Translations under genes and position numbers: made by a program
Notes under the pieces: generated by a model
Database searches by the model: none
Told to the model about the DNA's origin: nothing
What the model saw: only the letters and a program-made list of their open reading frames with translations
Shown here: in pieces, positions 51,335-64,000 of the stretch
Layout: each line of letters opens with the position of its first letter
Position numbering within the stretch: position 1 is the stretch's first letter
NCBI RefSeq assembly: GCF_963921235.1
Contig: NC_086106.1
Span: forward strand, 21,204,001 to 21,268,000
DNA length: 64,000 bases
Direction of reading: 5' to 3'
From: Mobula hypostoma
Lineage: Eukaryota

Positions 51335-52539
51335 GCATCACGTTACGTTACTCCAGCCAATTCTGTCGCTCAGAAGGGGTTTTCATTCTCCTCTGAACGA
51401 ACCGACTATGAGAAATAATTTGTGGCTTCTCACCGGTCTACCAACCGACCAATCGGAGCAAGCTCCATGAGTGGCGATAGACAACAGCGCAAAATTAATG
51501 GGTAAATGATTTATTTAAATTATGAGGATTTCAAACAGTGCAGAGAGACATGGAGGAATGGGTTCTGAAAAAAAAATGGAAATAATTAGTGATTTAAATA
51601 ACAATCTGAAAGAAAATGTTAAACTATATCGTAAAGAAATTCAGAAATAAAGTCAAATTTGTTATTGTTTTGTCCTTACGGCATTGCAGAACGGAGGACA
51701 AATATAGAACACTGTAGCACAGAGCAGATACAGAAAAGGCTCTTAAACAAAATTAGCGGACTTTCTCCTTTTAAGAGAACTGGCCCCAGCGTTGGGAGTG
51801 CCACTAAGAGAATTTGTTGTGTTGCTCTACCTATAGACGGGCAGGCACCATAAAACCCGAAAAAGATTCAGCCAGCATTCAAAGTAGCTGCGACTGCTGC
51901 AAGTTTTACTCTTGACAGAGGTCCACGTGCCAACGAGGACACTCAAGCTGTTGATGGAAGAAAGACAAATTAACATTGTTATTGGAACTAAACACATTCA
52001 TAATGCACATATATTATCAAGTAGTTGAGCCTGAGAGAGATAGAGATACGTAAACGCACACAATCGCAAACTTATCAACAGCTTATAAACAACATATTCA
52101 TTACTGTAAGTAAATTGGACAACGAATGGTAGATCAACGTGGACTTATTATAAAATTAGATTATCTCCAAAGAAATGTTTGGACAAAAACACTTGAATTA
52201 ATATGAGAACTAGAATGAAACCAACCTCAAGACTCCAACAATGTTATCCAATAAAAAAAAATGAGATGCCACCACCCGAAGAGGTCACAGAAGTTCAATT
52301 ACTTCAGCATTTTTTTCACAACCTGACGGTAATTACGATACACAAAGGTAGACATTTTACAGAATGCTGCCGACGAATCTGAGCTTACAGGCAAAATTAA
52401 TACAGATAAAGCAATTGATTCAAATAGTAGAAAAATATATTTTTCTTACAGTTGAAAACCTGACCTTCCGACGAGATAAGTGAACATATTAAATAAAAAC
52501 CGAGCGGAATATAATGAAAAAAACAGGATACAACCGAAA

Positions 52540-53170
52540 TTATGAAAGAATATGAAAAAGACAAGTTACATGAGTACGTGGTAAAGAAGGAAAATGCAAT
52601 GTTGGCATTTATTTCAATTGGAATACAAATCACGGCGAAAACACAGAGCTTTAATAAGACACTGGTCAGGCGGCACCGAGAGTATTGTCAGCTGGTTTGG
52701 GCCCCGTATCTCAGTAAATATGTGTTGTTATTTGAGGGATCCGAGAGGAGGATCAAAAATGAGCATATGAGGAAGGTTTATCACATTTGCACCTATACTC
52801 ACTGGGGTTTCGAAGACTGCGGGGCGATCTCATTGAAATCTTCCAAATGTTGAAAAGTTAGATATCGGGAGGGTAATTCTGATGGTGGATCTATTCGGAA
52901 TTGGAAAGCACCACCTCAAAATTGAGGGGCAAATATTTAGAATAAATTTAAGGAGTGAACACTGAGGGGCGACCATTTAAGAAAAACAAAATCTAATGCT
53001 GCAGACTGCAGTGGAAACCAAGTCCGTGCCTAAATTTACTGCTGAAGTTCATCGTTTCTGATCGGTCAGGGAATCAAAGGATATCGCGAGAAGAAAGGTG
53101 CATGGAGTTGAGTGGGATGCAAGATCAGCTATGGTGCGTTGGCGGAGCAGACATGATGGATTGATTGGTC
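52540..53170 (+). mobile_element. Old CR1 3' fragment
   Basis: VVKKENAMLAFIS, TLVRRHREYC and CR1 3' UTR similarity. Confidence 0.7.
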
Positions 53171-53537
53171 TTATGCTGGTCCTATGTTTTAGGTCTTATG
53201 GTGAAGTGCTGGAGGGGCGAAACGTGGTGCAGGAAGGGCCTTTGTCGCGTTTTATATGCCTTTGAATAACTATTTCAATAACAAGGATTGGCTGGGAAAA
53301 GCGCAAGCTCCCATGACAGCCTGCAGTTTTGACAATTTCCTTCTATCAATGCGGTTATTGGACAACAGTGATATTCATGATTAACACTACTAACTCAAGC
53401 ATCGTGCCACGAGCAGGGAGATAATTGTGCAGAGACCTTCGTCGCCTTGTCAAGGAAATCGAATTAACTTGGAGATCTTTGGAATACTGAAGTTAACGAT
53501 ACGGAAGGAAAATATCCAAACCCATAATGAGGAAAGG

Positions 53538-53943
53538 TCAGTTGAGTAACACAGCTTTGAACTTCTGGGTGTTCATCCAGTCAATCCGAGACCTCTCGTC
53601 GGGTACCGTTTCAGTGTGATGCAACTGCAGTACACACTTCTCCTGGGCTGATTCAATGCAAAATGCCTCACAGGCGGTGAAAAAACAAGAAAAGCTCAAT
53701 ACGGCCTGGATACAGGAATGAGCTCTACGTTTTGTACAATTCCCAAATTTCTTTCGCACCTGAGGTGGGGTAGAAATGCTGACAAGAACGTAATTCCTAA
53801 AAAAAGTAAAACATAATTTCCACGTATCACAGCACAAATCGTGATCGATTCATGTAATTTAATTCGCCTTCATACCTGCCGCTGGTTTTTGGAGCAGTGT
53901 GCATATGTGCTGCTGAAAATATCCAGCACCTGCAGAATTTCAT
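53538..53943 (-). pseudogene. Candidate IgH-V-like pseudogene (leader plus V)
   Basis: ATGAAATTC exon with CAG|GTATGA donor, 79-nt intron, pyrimidine-rich TAG acceptor; PPQVRKKFG, HSC, CIESAQEKCV (cf. WIRQAPGKGL), WMNTQKFKAV (cf. QMNSLRAEDTAV). No RSS; splice is phase 2. Confidence 0.25.
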
Positions 53944-55026
53944 CCAGCTAGGTTTGGTGTTTCCAAATCAACAAGATTTGACTAAGGAGCTTCCGGTAAA
54001 TTAACCTATATGAATTCGTGGCCATCATACGATGGCAGTCTAGTAGTTGATTAAAGATAACGAAAAATATATTCCGAATGTTAATATCTTTCAACGTTGT
54101 CAGGAACTTTTGCGGGGGGGGGGGGGGGGGGGGGAGATCCTGGATCTGGCTTTGTCGAGTAAACTAGATTTAATGAAGAGTCTTAATATAAACAAATCAT
54201 TTTTAGGCAGTGGTGACGATATCATAATATTCACCCACCAATTTGTGAGCGACAACCTGATATTGACGCCTCGCTTTCAATACATCTAATTACAAATGCA
54301 TGAGAGAGGAGCGTGCCAAGTTTGATCCTAAGGAGATTTCGGTAGTGCAGCGATGTCTAAGCCTGTAACAAGAAGCAGAAACAAAGGAAAGTCAGTGGCC
54401 TTCACCAAGCAGCGGCACAGGGGAAGACCATCAAGATGCGGCGCAACTGTATTACATAACATGTCGTAGCATTCGTAGAAGTTTGTTAGCTTGCTAAAGG
54501 CGAAGGTCGGGGTTATTCCAGTTGGCGCTGTGACTAGTGATGTTCAGCAAGGGTCGCAGTTGTTGTCTCTGCTTTTCAAGTTTTTTATAACTGAATAGGT
54601 GGATTGTTAATGAAGTTGCGCATGATACAAATTTAAGTGAAGTATTGAGCTCTGCTGACGAAGCAGACAGAAGGGAGCATTCACCGGTGGTAGGATAAGC
54701 GACGACAATGGGCACATAAGTGGCAGATGCAACAAGCAGTAGACATCTGTATCAATGTAATTTGTTGCAGGAACAAGTCGTTGAACATATTCTAAAGTAG
54801 AAGTGAATTCGAAAAACTCAGGTGTGTACAAACATGATAGTTCAACTTCGTGAATCCTTTACGGTCAACTTGAGTATTGAGTCCGTACGGAAAAAGGAAA
54901 CGTCGATCGTAAGGAACAAAACATAAATGCTGTGATGTAGCGCTGTTTATTTATAAGAGGTAAATCAGACTACATTTGCAGTTTTGAAAAGTTGTGTGCT
55001 CAAAGTCCAAAAGAAGGATCTGCTGG

Positions 55027-58000
55027 TGTTACATGCTCAAGGAGATCTGTTTTTTTTTTTGTCAGAATAATGTAATGGTCTTTTGGAGGTCACGTAATGT
55101 CATTTTCCTGCAGATATGAGGACACGTGATGACATGTGCACCATGAGTATATACGGGAAGATTCCAGGTGACCTCGTTGGTTTTTAGTTTCTAGATTAAT
55201 AGGTAGAACGTACTGTGACTCCGTTTCTGTTGAGTGTCTGTGACAGAGTTTCATTTTTAAAACGGTCGTACGTTCTGTTGCAAGATAACATATTATTGGA
55301 CTGGATTTTTTTTTTGCTAGATGTACTGATTTACACAATTCCAACAGTGAGAAGGGAGAGTGAAGACTTTATCGAAGTACAGGATCGAAAGATCGAGAAG
55401 AGTCGGTATCGTTCGGCAGTTTAACAAAGGATCGACCTTTATTGAGTAGCAAACTGCATCGAGAGTAACTCTTGCCAAAAACAGCAGGAGTTCATGCAAA
55501 GGTTTGCTCTTTCTCGAAAATAATTTAAAGTCAGTTGTTTTAAACTGTTTATTTTCAGCATCGTGAATCCTGTGGACAGAACCAGCAGGGAAGTCACGCC
55601 TTTGAAGAAGTCCTTCTCCAGAGAAGTCTCTACGAATTGAACGCATACATCTGTTGGACTTTCGAATTTATCGCTTTAAGAACTATATCTGACTTTATCG
55701 CTTTAAGAACTGTTTTAGCATTTAACGGTTTAAGAAACCAGTGCCGAGTGACGAGTAGTTAAACGGCTGCATATTGGTTAACTTCCGGTGAAAGCATTCG
55801 ATTGTCTTTTTTTCCCCTTATCGTTTATCCGTGCTTAATAAATGTTTGGTTGTTTTTATACAACCTGTCTCGTTTGATATTCATTGATGCCGGTTACGTA
55901 CATAATCCGTGGCGGCTCGTTGGATGATGTTCTCATTTTGAGTTTAGGTGCTGGTAATTGCCGATTTAATTTGGAAAAGGGAAATATCCGAGTTTTTTTT
56001 TTATGGTTTGATTGGTGTGTGTGTTGTATTCGGCAACAATGCATATTGACGGGTTTATGGAGACGCCTGACTCGGGGTCTTCAGAGAATGCGACAAAACC
56101 TGATGTATTGGAGATTGCTAGGAAGTTGGATATTAAAGGAATTACGAGAAATTCCACCAAAGCTTTCATACAAAGAGAAATCACTGAACATTATATTAAT
56201 CTGGAATTGTTTGATGCTTAGGTGTTAGATAAGTTTCCATGGGTAATCTGGAAATACAGTTACATCTTGAGCAGTTAAAGTTTGAAAGATTTAAAGTGGA
56301 AATGTCCAAATGAGAGGCTCATAAAATAAGGGAATTTACGGAAACTAGAGCTGAAAACCAGTGGAAATTCGAGCTAGAGATGCAGAAATGAGAGTCAGGG
56401 AGTCAGTCCTATAAACAGTTTATTGCTAGTCGTGAGGTTATTTTGGCTCCTCTATTTAGTGAAGCTGATGTAGACACATATTTCCAACATTTCGAAAGAG
56501 TTGCTCTGAGTTTAAAGTGGCCGAAAGACCAATGGCAAGAAATGTTACAAAGTGTAATTAAAGGCAAGGCACAACAACTTTCTACAGCTTTACATGCTGA
56601 GCAAGCACTGATTTATGATATTGTTAAGCAGCACATATTAAACGCATATGTGATGGTTACTGAAGCGTATAGAGAACGATTCAGAAATTTGAAGAAATCG
56701 GTGGAAAAGACTTATGTGGAATTTGCCTATGAGAAATCTGTGTGTTTTGAGAGATGATTTTCCTCTAAAAATGTAAATGTGGAGAATAATAATTAAAAGA
56801 TTTTGCAGGAGGAATTTAAAAGAAGCATCCCTGTTGAAGTGAGAACATAGGTAAATGAACGGGACACTGGTACATTGCAGGAAATTGCTAAATTAGCTGA
56901 TTAATATGTTTTAATTCACAAGAATAAATTTTCTGCAGGTAATTTTTTTAAGAGGAAAATAGCACAGAGAGTCAAGGTAAACCAGAAATTAAATCTGAAG
57001 TTAGTGAAAAAAAAAAGTAAGGATGAAGGGAGGCGGTGTAAGGAAAGACATTCTGGTATTATTTGTAATTATTGTAAGGAACCTGGACATGTGGCAGCTA
57101 TTTGCTTTCGATTGAAACGGAAAGAGAAAGAAGTGGTCCCAGATGCTTGTGTGCAGCAAATTGAAAAACCTATAAAGCCACATGGTTTAGAGAATACTAA
57201 TGAAGATGTGTCAGAATCTGAACAGGCTGAGAAGGTATATGACGATTTTATAACAGAATGATTAGTATCCTTGAATGACTGATTGAATGCAGTACCGATC
57301 AGAATACTTAGAGATACTGGAGCTTCGCAATCACTAATATTAGACAGTGCGCTAAGGTTTAGTGATTAACCTGACACTGATGAGGTAAATTATATAAGAG
57401 GAGCAGGGAGTGCCCTTATGCCAGTACATTTACATGGAGTAAACTTAAGTTCTGGACTAGTTACAGGAGTTGTTAAATTAGGACTACGATCCAGTTTACC
57501 TGCTAATGATGTTTACCCTTTGTTAGGGAATGATTTAGCAGGTGGACAAGTTTTTCCTGAAGTGCGTTTCACAATAAATTCAAATTCTGAGGAACCGCAG
57601 AGGAATTCTAACACAGATTCTTCCTGCGTTGAAACAAGAGCTATGGCTGAAAGGACTGATGTAAAGGATGAGGTTGTTACTCATGACAGTTCAAATCAAG
57701 ATTCGAATTTTGAGGATGTATCAGAAACTTTCTTACCTACCTTATTTGATCAGGGTTTTCTTGGTAAGTATGATGAGGAAGATTTGTCTTTATCTCGGAA
57801 GGAGATGATAACAGAGCAGGGTCGAAATCCTGAGATAGTTAAATTAAAATAACAAGCTCATCCAGATAGTAAAATTAAAATAAAATAAAATAAAATAAAA
57901 GTACTAGTTAGATATTATTTGGAACAGGGGGTTTTAATGAGAAAGTGGAGATCGCCTACAATTCCTGCTAGACAGGAATGGGGTGTTAAGCATCAGGTAG

Positions 58001-61000
58001 TCGCTCCTAAAATTTACCGAAATGAGATGATAACTATGGCTCATAGTACTCCTTTAGGTAAACATTTAGGTGTAAATAAAAACTATCAACAAAGTTTCTA
58101 AACATGCTTATTGGCCTAATTTAGGACAAGAGGTGGCGTCATTTTGTAGAACTTGTCATATATGTCAGATTGTGAGTAAACCGAATCAGGCTACTCCAGT
58201 GGCCCCACTGTAACCAATTCTAGTACTTGGTGAGCCGTTCTCAAAAATCATTGTAGACTGTGTAGGTCCTTTGCCAAAAACTAAAATTGGACATCAATAT
58301 TTATTAACTATTATGTGCACAGTGTCCAGCTTTCAAGAGGCAGTACCTCTTATGAATGTAACAGCCAAAACTGTGACAAAGGCTCTTATAACTTTCTTTA
58401 CTTATTTTGGGTTGCCTAAGGAAATACAATCAGGTCAAGGTAGTAATCTTAGGTCGGGGTTGTTTCAGCTGACAGTTTATAAACTGGGAGAAAAACAGAA
58501 TGTTTCCTCAGCCTATCATCCAGAATCACAGGGAGCCTGGAAGTGATTCAATTTTGGACTAAAATCTATGATTAGGCCATATTGTGTTGAAAATGAAAAG
58601 GACTGGGATGATGTTCTATATTTATTACTTTTTGCAGTAAGGAAGGCAGTACAGGAATCATTGGTTTTAGGCCTTTTGAACTTGTGTTTGGGCATAGAGT
58701 TCGAGGATCTTTGGTCTGTTGAAGGAACAGTGAATTAATAAAGAAGTACACACTAATTTGCTAGAATATGTTTTGAAATTTAAAGAAAGATGGTATAAAG
58801 TTTGTAGCTTGGCCAAGGAAGATTTAAAGTTGGCTCAAGAGAAGGTGAAGACTTGGTACGTAACGAAGCTTGAATGAGGTCATTTAAGCCTGGAGATATG
58901 GTGTTGGTTCTTTTGCCAGTGTAAACAAACCCATTGCAAGCCAAATTCCATGGTCTTTATGAGATTATGTCTAAGGTGAGTGGTGTGGATTGTGTGGTGA
59001 ATACCCCAGATCGGAGAAAGACAACACAGCTGTGTCATATAAATATGTTAAAACCGTATTATGAGAGAGAGGTTGCTACCATGACTGTTGTGGTCAATAA
59101 TGACCTTGATGATAACTTACTAGAGAATTCATCTGAAACTCATTTTAAAGACGACATTATTTCAGCCAGGTTAACAATTTCAAAAATTGAACAATATATT
59201 GCTGAAAAATGAGATAATTTACAGCCAGAGCAGAGAGAGCAGATGAGACATTTATTTATTTATTTTGAATACACAGATTTATTTCCAGACGTCCCTAGAA
59301 GAAGCACAGTAGCAACGCATGAAGTAGATGTTGGAGATGCAAAACCCATAAAACAACATCCACATCGAATGAACAGGGAAAAATGTGAACTTTCTGAAGA
59401 TGAAATTATGTATATATTACAGAATAATATTATTAGACATTCTAATTCGAATTGAAATGCACAGCCTGTTATGGTGCCTAAGCCAGACATTGCTATTACT
59501 TTGACTACAGATTACAGAAAGGTGAATGCTGTGACAAAAACTGATGCATATCCAAACCGTAGGGTAGATGATTGTGTGGATAAAGTTGGCCAGGCGATAT
59601 TACCTGCACAAATTAATTTGTTAATAGGTTTGTTGGTGTGTTCCATTGACGGATAGAGATAGAGAGATTTCAACATTTGTAACAACATCTGGGTTATATG
59701 AATATAATGTTCTTCCATTCGGAATGAAAAATGCACCAGGTACTTTTCAGAGGATAATTAATAGCATGATTCAGGGATTAAAATATACATATGCCTATAT
59801 TGATGATTTAGTTACAGGAAATAATACTTGGAAAACACAGATTACAGTGGTGGAGAAATTATTTGAGAGACTTTCAGAAGCTAACTTAACTATTAACCTA
59901 GCTGAAAGCGAATTTGGTCATGCTACTGTGAGAGTTAGGAAAAAGGGTTAAAGAAATTAGACTCCAATTTAATAACACAGCCTAATGTTACAGGAGCACA
60001 ACATTTTGATCATTCATATTAAAGGGTAAAGATAAAGTGATCACTGATTGTCCAGATGTTAAATGTGCAATTAAAATTTGTTTATTTTTTTTGGAGTTGT
60101 ATTTTAACATTTGTAACACTCCTACTGTACATTAGTTTGTAAAGGGCTGAAAGATAACATTGTATATATTGTGTATTTTGCAAATATTTTACCTTTGTAT
60201 TCTTTGTATAAATTGTTAAAACCTTGTTCTTTAAGAGACCATTTTTTGGGAGGGATGTGTTACATGCTCAAGGAGATCTCTCTTTATTTTGTCCGAATGA
60301 TGTAATGGTCTTTTGGAGGTCATCTGATGTGATTTTCCTGCCGATGTGAGGTCACGTAATGACATCTGCACCATGGGTATGTAAGGGAAGACTTCAGGTG
60401 ACGCAGTTGGTTTTTAGTTTATAGTTTTCCAAGTAGAACGTGCTCTGTCTCCGTTTCACTTGCGTGCTTGTTTTTTTTTGTGACGCAGTTTCATTTTTAA
60501 AACGGTTGTGCGTTCTGTTCCAAGATAACATATCATTGGACTGGAATATTTTGCTAGATTTACTCATTTCCAACCGTTAGAAGGGAGAGTGAAGACTTTA
60601 TCGAGGTACAGGATCGAAGGATCGAGAAGAATCGGCATCGTTCGGCAGTTTAACAAAGGATCGACCTTTATTGAGTCTTCGTTAGCAGAGTAGCAACCTG
60701 TATTGTGGATAACTTTTGCCAAAAAGAGCAAGGAGTTCATTGAAAGGTTTTCTCTCTCTCATTAAAAAAAATTAGAGTCAGTCGTTTTAAAATATTTATT
60801 TTCGTCATCGTGAATCCTGTGGACAGAACCATCAGGAATGTCGCGTCTCTGAAGAAAACCTCCTCCAGTGAAGTCTCTCCCAATTGAACGTATAAATTTG
60901 TTAGATTTTCGATTTATCACTTTAAAAAGTATACCTGACTATATCGCTTTAAGAACGGTTTTTGCATTTAACGTTTTAAGAAACCAGTGCCGAGTGACGA

Positions 61001-61137
61001 GTTGTTGAACGGCTGCATAGTGGTTAACTTCCGGTTACAATTTCGTTTGCTTTTTTTTTCCTTATCGTTTATCCGTGTTTAATAAAGTATTTTTTAACCT
61101 GTCTCCGTTGATATCCATTGTTGCCGGTAACGTAACA
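55027..61137 (+). mobile_element. Two-LTR Gmr1-like Gypsy retrotransposon (gag-PR-INT-RT-RH order), degenerate
   Basis: LTRs 55027-55902 and 60258-61137; tRNA-Pro-like PBS remnant TGGCGGCTCGT at 55910; PPT at 60248-60257; CCHC CNYCKEPGHVAAIC; protease ILRDTGASQ; integrase ~57919-59050 before RT (AYIDD, 59243-59951). Confidence 0.92.
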
Positions 61138-61874
61138 CCAGATTACAAGGGAGAAAAGTAGAGACTTGTGAGAATAACCCCGGGACAGATATATTTATCG
61201 TACGTGGAGAAGCTTGTGTCTCTTCCGATTAGAACAATGATCCGAATCCCATTGTAACATAAATAGCAAGAGTGTACTGAGTATGGTGGACGTGCGGAGG
61301 ATAGGTCCTGCAGCGGGAAAGTGGAGCCTCAGAGGTACTGAACCTCAGAAAAAAAAAGGAAATGGCCTGGATTACAGTGGAAACATTTTTGCCAGATTGT
61401 ATATGTGTGGGATTCCTTGCCACAGTCTGTTGGGGAGGACATGCACGGTAAATATCTTCTCAAGTCGTAAGTGTGTCAGAGTGTGGACGGAGTTGCTGGG
61501 AGAATGCAGTGAAATTTTATAATAAGTACACTACGATCCAGTGGCAGAACCAATGTCGAGAGGTGAAATAGCCAAAATTGTCTTTATGGTCTTACGGCCA
61601 GATCCTTTGCACACCTCTAAAACACGCTTTAATATACCATACTTTTCATTAGTTCGATGGACAGACTCACACACACGAGAAAAGGATAATAGGTATTGTT
61701 GATAATTATTGAGGGCTGAGAGCATTAGCAAGTGAATTTTGTTTAGAAAATCTGATCTTTTGGAGGTTGTTAATGTTCGAATCTTTTACTTAATTGCGCT
61801 GAGTTCAAAAGCTTCAATGTATTGGATAATAGGGAGGTCATACTTGTTTGTGCAGTCGCGTAACCACGTATGTG

Positions 61875-62190
61875 CCATTCTGTAGGATTTTTCAGCTTAC
61901 TTCCTTCACTATTTGACACAGTCTGCAGCATATTTGGTCCTCGGCAGCACAGAAACGGAACCTCGCGGCGATAATCGCGAAGATCAAGAGGCATACGACC
62001 CACGGGAGATTGCAAGAGTGGATTTAGAGATCCCTTGCACTCGGAAGGCATAGCGTGGTCTTGGTTGGAATTTACTATGCCAAGCATTTCAAGAATTGCA
62101 GATGCTCCTTTAGTAACTGTTTCGAGACCCTCACTCTTTGTGACATTAAAAATTACCGTGTGATTTTGTGTAAAGATTTTTATGTGAAAG
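61875..62190 (-). pseudogene. Candidate TCR/NAR-like V pseudogene
   Basis: FTQNHTVIFNVTKSEGLETVT (VTKSE shared with the NAR V); frameshifted ICN, AWHSK, SKSTLAISR and E(D)S..FCAAED; dead RSS AATAGTG-23-ACAGAATGG (61875-61913). Confidence 0.4.
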
Positions 62191-62929
62191 TAGATAAATT
62201 GCATAAAGAATAGTGACGTTTAGTACTGAGTAGAAAGTTGTCACATGTTGCAATGTGATATAGAGAGAATGTAGAGTTGGGTAGACAAATGAGAAATTAC
62301 ATTTTAAATGGAGGTGAGGGGGGGGGACTAGTGTGAAATAACCAGCATTAGAAGATTGTACAGGATTATGAGGAGGATTCTTAGAGGCGCAGTGGTACAG
62401 ATGGATTTCGGCATCCACGTTAGTATGTTTCCCATTGCTGCCACGCAAGGGAATTTAAGAAATAACATGGTGTACTGGATAGTGATTTTAAACGCTGCGA
62501 GTAGATACTATGCATCTCGCAAATATCCGGTGAAACAACACGAAGAGAATTGCGTTAATTTCTGAGTACCTTATTATAGAGAGGATGTCTGAAGTTTAGT
62601 GAGAGAGCACAAAAAATTACCATGAGGCCTCGAAGATTAGAGAATGCCTTAAGCGGAAATTTTGAAAAAATCTAGAGATTATCATTTTGGAACAACGCTA
62701 GTTGACAGTCAACTTAATATAAACGCGTTCGACTATGAAAGGCACCGATAAGATTTTCCTCAGGGCGGTAATGCCAAGCACCAGAAACTTCGGTTTATGG
62801 TTACTAGAAGGAAATTTACCGCAGATATCTGAAATATTGTGGCTTTTTTTCACAGAGAATAGTGAGTGACTGAACTTCATGCCGGAGATGGTAGAATCTT
62901 CATGATAAACACAAACTAATCTGCCGATG

Positions 62930-64000
62930 CTGTGATCAAAGCAACACTTTCAGTAGGCTGGATGAACTCAGCAGGTAGGGCAGCATCAGTCAAAAACGAT
63001 GAGTCGACGTATTCAGAACCCTTCGTCGGGACTGAAGAATGAAAGATGGGGAAGGATTTAAAGAATGCCTGTAGCTTCAGTTCAAAGACCAGTAATTTGA
63101 AAGGCAAAGGGGTTGGAGATAGGAAGCTTTGACGTCATAGCCCTGAAAACAATAGGTAGTAGAAGAAGAAAGTGGAACCATGAAGAAGCTGGTGGAGGGG
63201 GTAGAGTGAAATAGGAAGAGAGGAAGGGAGGGGAGGGAATTACCGGAATCTGGAGAATTCTATGTTCATATCGATGGGCTTCAGACTAGCTGGACGGTAT
63301 ATGAGGTGTTGCTCCTCCAACCTGAGTTTAGCCTCATCAAGGCTGTAGAGGAGGCCATGTATGGACATATCTGAATGGGAATGGAAGCAGAGTTGAGCTG
63401 GGTGGCTACGGGGAGATCCTGTCTGTTGTGGTGGACGGAGTGGAGGTGCCTGACGAAGCGGCGCCCAATTTGCGTCTGGTTTCACAGATGTAGAGGAGGC
63501 CGCACCGGGAGCACGGGATGCAATAGATAACCACAACAGACTCACAGGTGAAGTGCTGTCACATCTGGAAGGACTGTTTGGGCCCCTGAATGATCGCAGG
63601 AGATTAAGTGTTGGGACCGGTGCAACACTTACACTTACAGGGATAAGTTGTAGGTGGGAGATATGTGGGAATGGACGTGTGTATAAGTGAGTCGGGGAGG
63701 GACTGATCCCTGCGGAAAGCGGAGACGGGTGGAGAGGGAAAGATGTACTTATTTGTGGGGTCCTGTTGAAGGTGGCAGAAGTTGCGGAGGATAATGTGCT
63801 GGATCCGGAGGCTGGTGGGGTGGTAGGTAAGGACAAGGGGAACTCTGTCGCTGTTGTGGTTCCGGCAGGATGGGGTGACTGCCGAAGTGTGGGAAATGGA
63901 AGAGATGCAGGTGAGGGCATTATTGATGACGGTAGAAGGGAAACCAGGATCCTTTAAGAAAGAGGACATTTAAGATGTCCTGGAACGGAAAACCTCAACT
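62930..64000 (-). mobile_element. Penelope-like retroelement 3' part (GIY-YIG endonuclease and tail)
   Basis: Minus-strand FTCESVVVIYCIPCSRCGLLYICETRR; C-terminus LEEQHLIYR...MNIEFSRFR*; characteristic tail. Confidence 0.85.

Noticed and set aside
61240-61560. V-like fragments on the plus strand (RSCSG, xY*, GNGLDY, GIP)
   Set aside because: Cys-Trp spacing is far too short, no YYC and no RSS; not distinguishable from chance.
63240-63920. 226-aa Pro/Ser-rich ORF as a host gene
   Set aside because: A frameshifted read-through of a Penelope element; only its C-terminus is in the element's coding frame.
1-64000. tRNA, rRNA, TCR constant exons or TCR-delta D/J clusters
   Set aside because: None recognised by eye; absence is not proven without a computational scan.

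Overview
Repeat-dense vertebrate genomic DNA with two N gaps (5275-5403, 48690-48821), read as part of the V region of a cartilaginous-fish T-cell receptor alpha/delta locus. Most of the window is retroelement debris: many CR1 LINEs, two Gmr1-type Gypsy elements (integrase before RT), solo LTRs, Penelope and Rex/Babar fragments, a mariner end and a DNA-transposase fragment. The key functional unit is one apparently intact NAR-TCR cassette on the minus strand (44594-47305). It comprises a leader exon, an IgNAR-like V lacking CDR2 (22-bp RSS), one D (12/12-13 RSS), a NAR-type J (23-bp RSS) and, about 1.1 kb downstream, a supporting TCR-delta V (23-bp RSS) that the J splices into in frame. NAR-TCR itself is a known shark system. 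The less expected details here are a dead phase-1 leader exon with an in-frame stop in front of the 'leaderless' supporting V, germline Cys codons at both CDR3 borders, and a Trp-to-Phe change in the NAR V core. Several heavily decayed V-like relics (some IgH-V-like, two in inverted orientation) lie between the repeats; these are low-confidence, by-eye calls. No TCR-delta D/J or constant exons were recognised. The species cannot be determined from the sequence alone.
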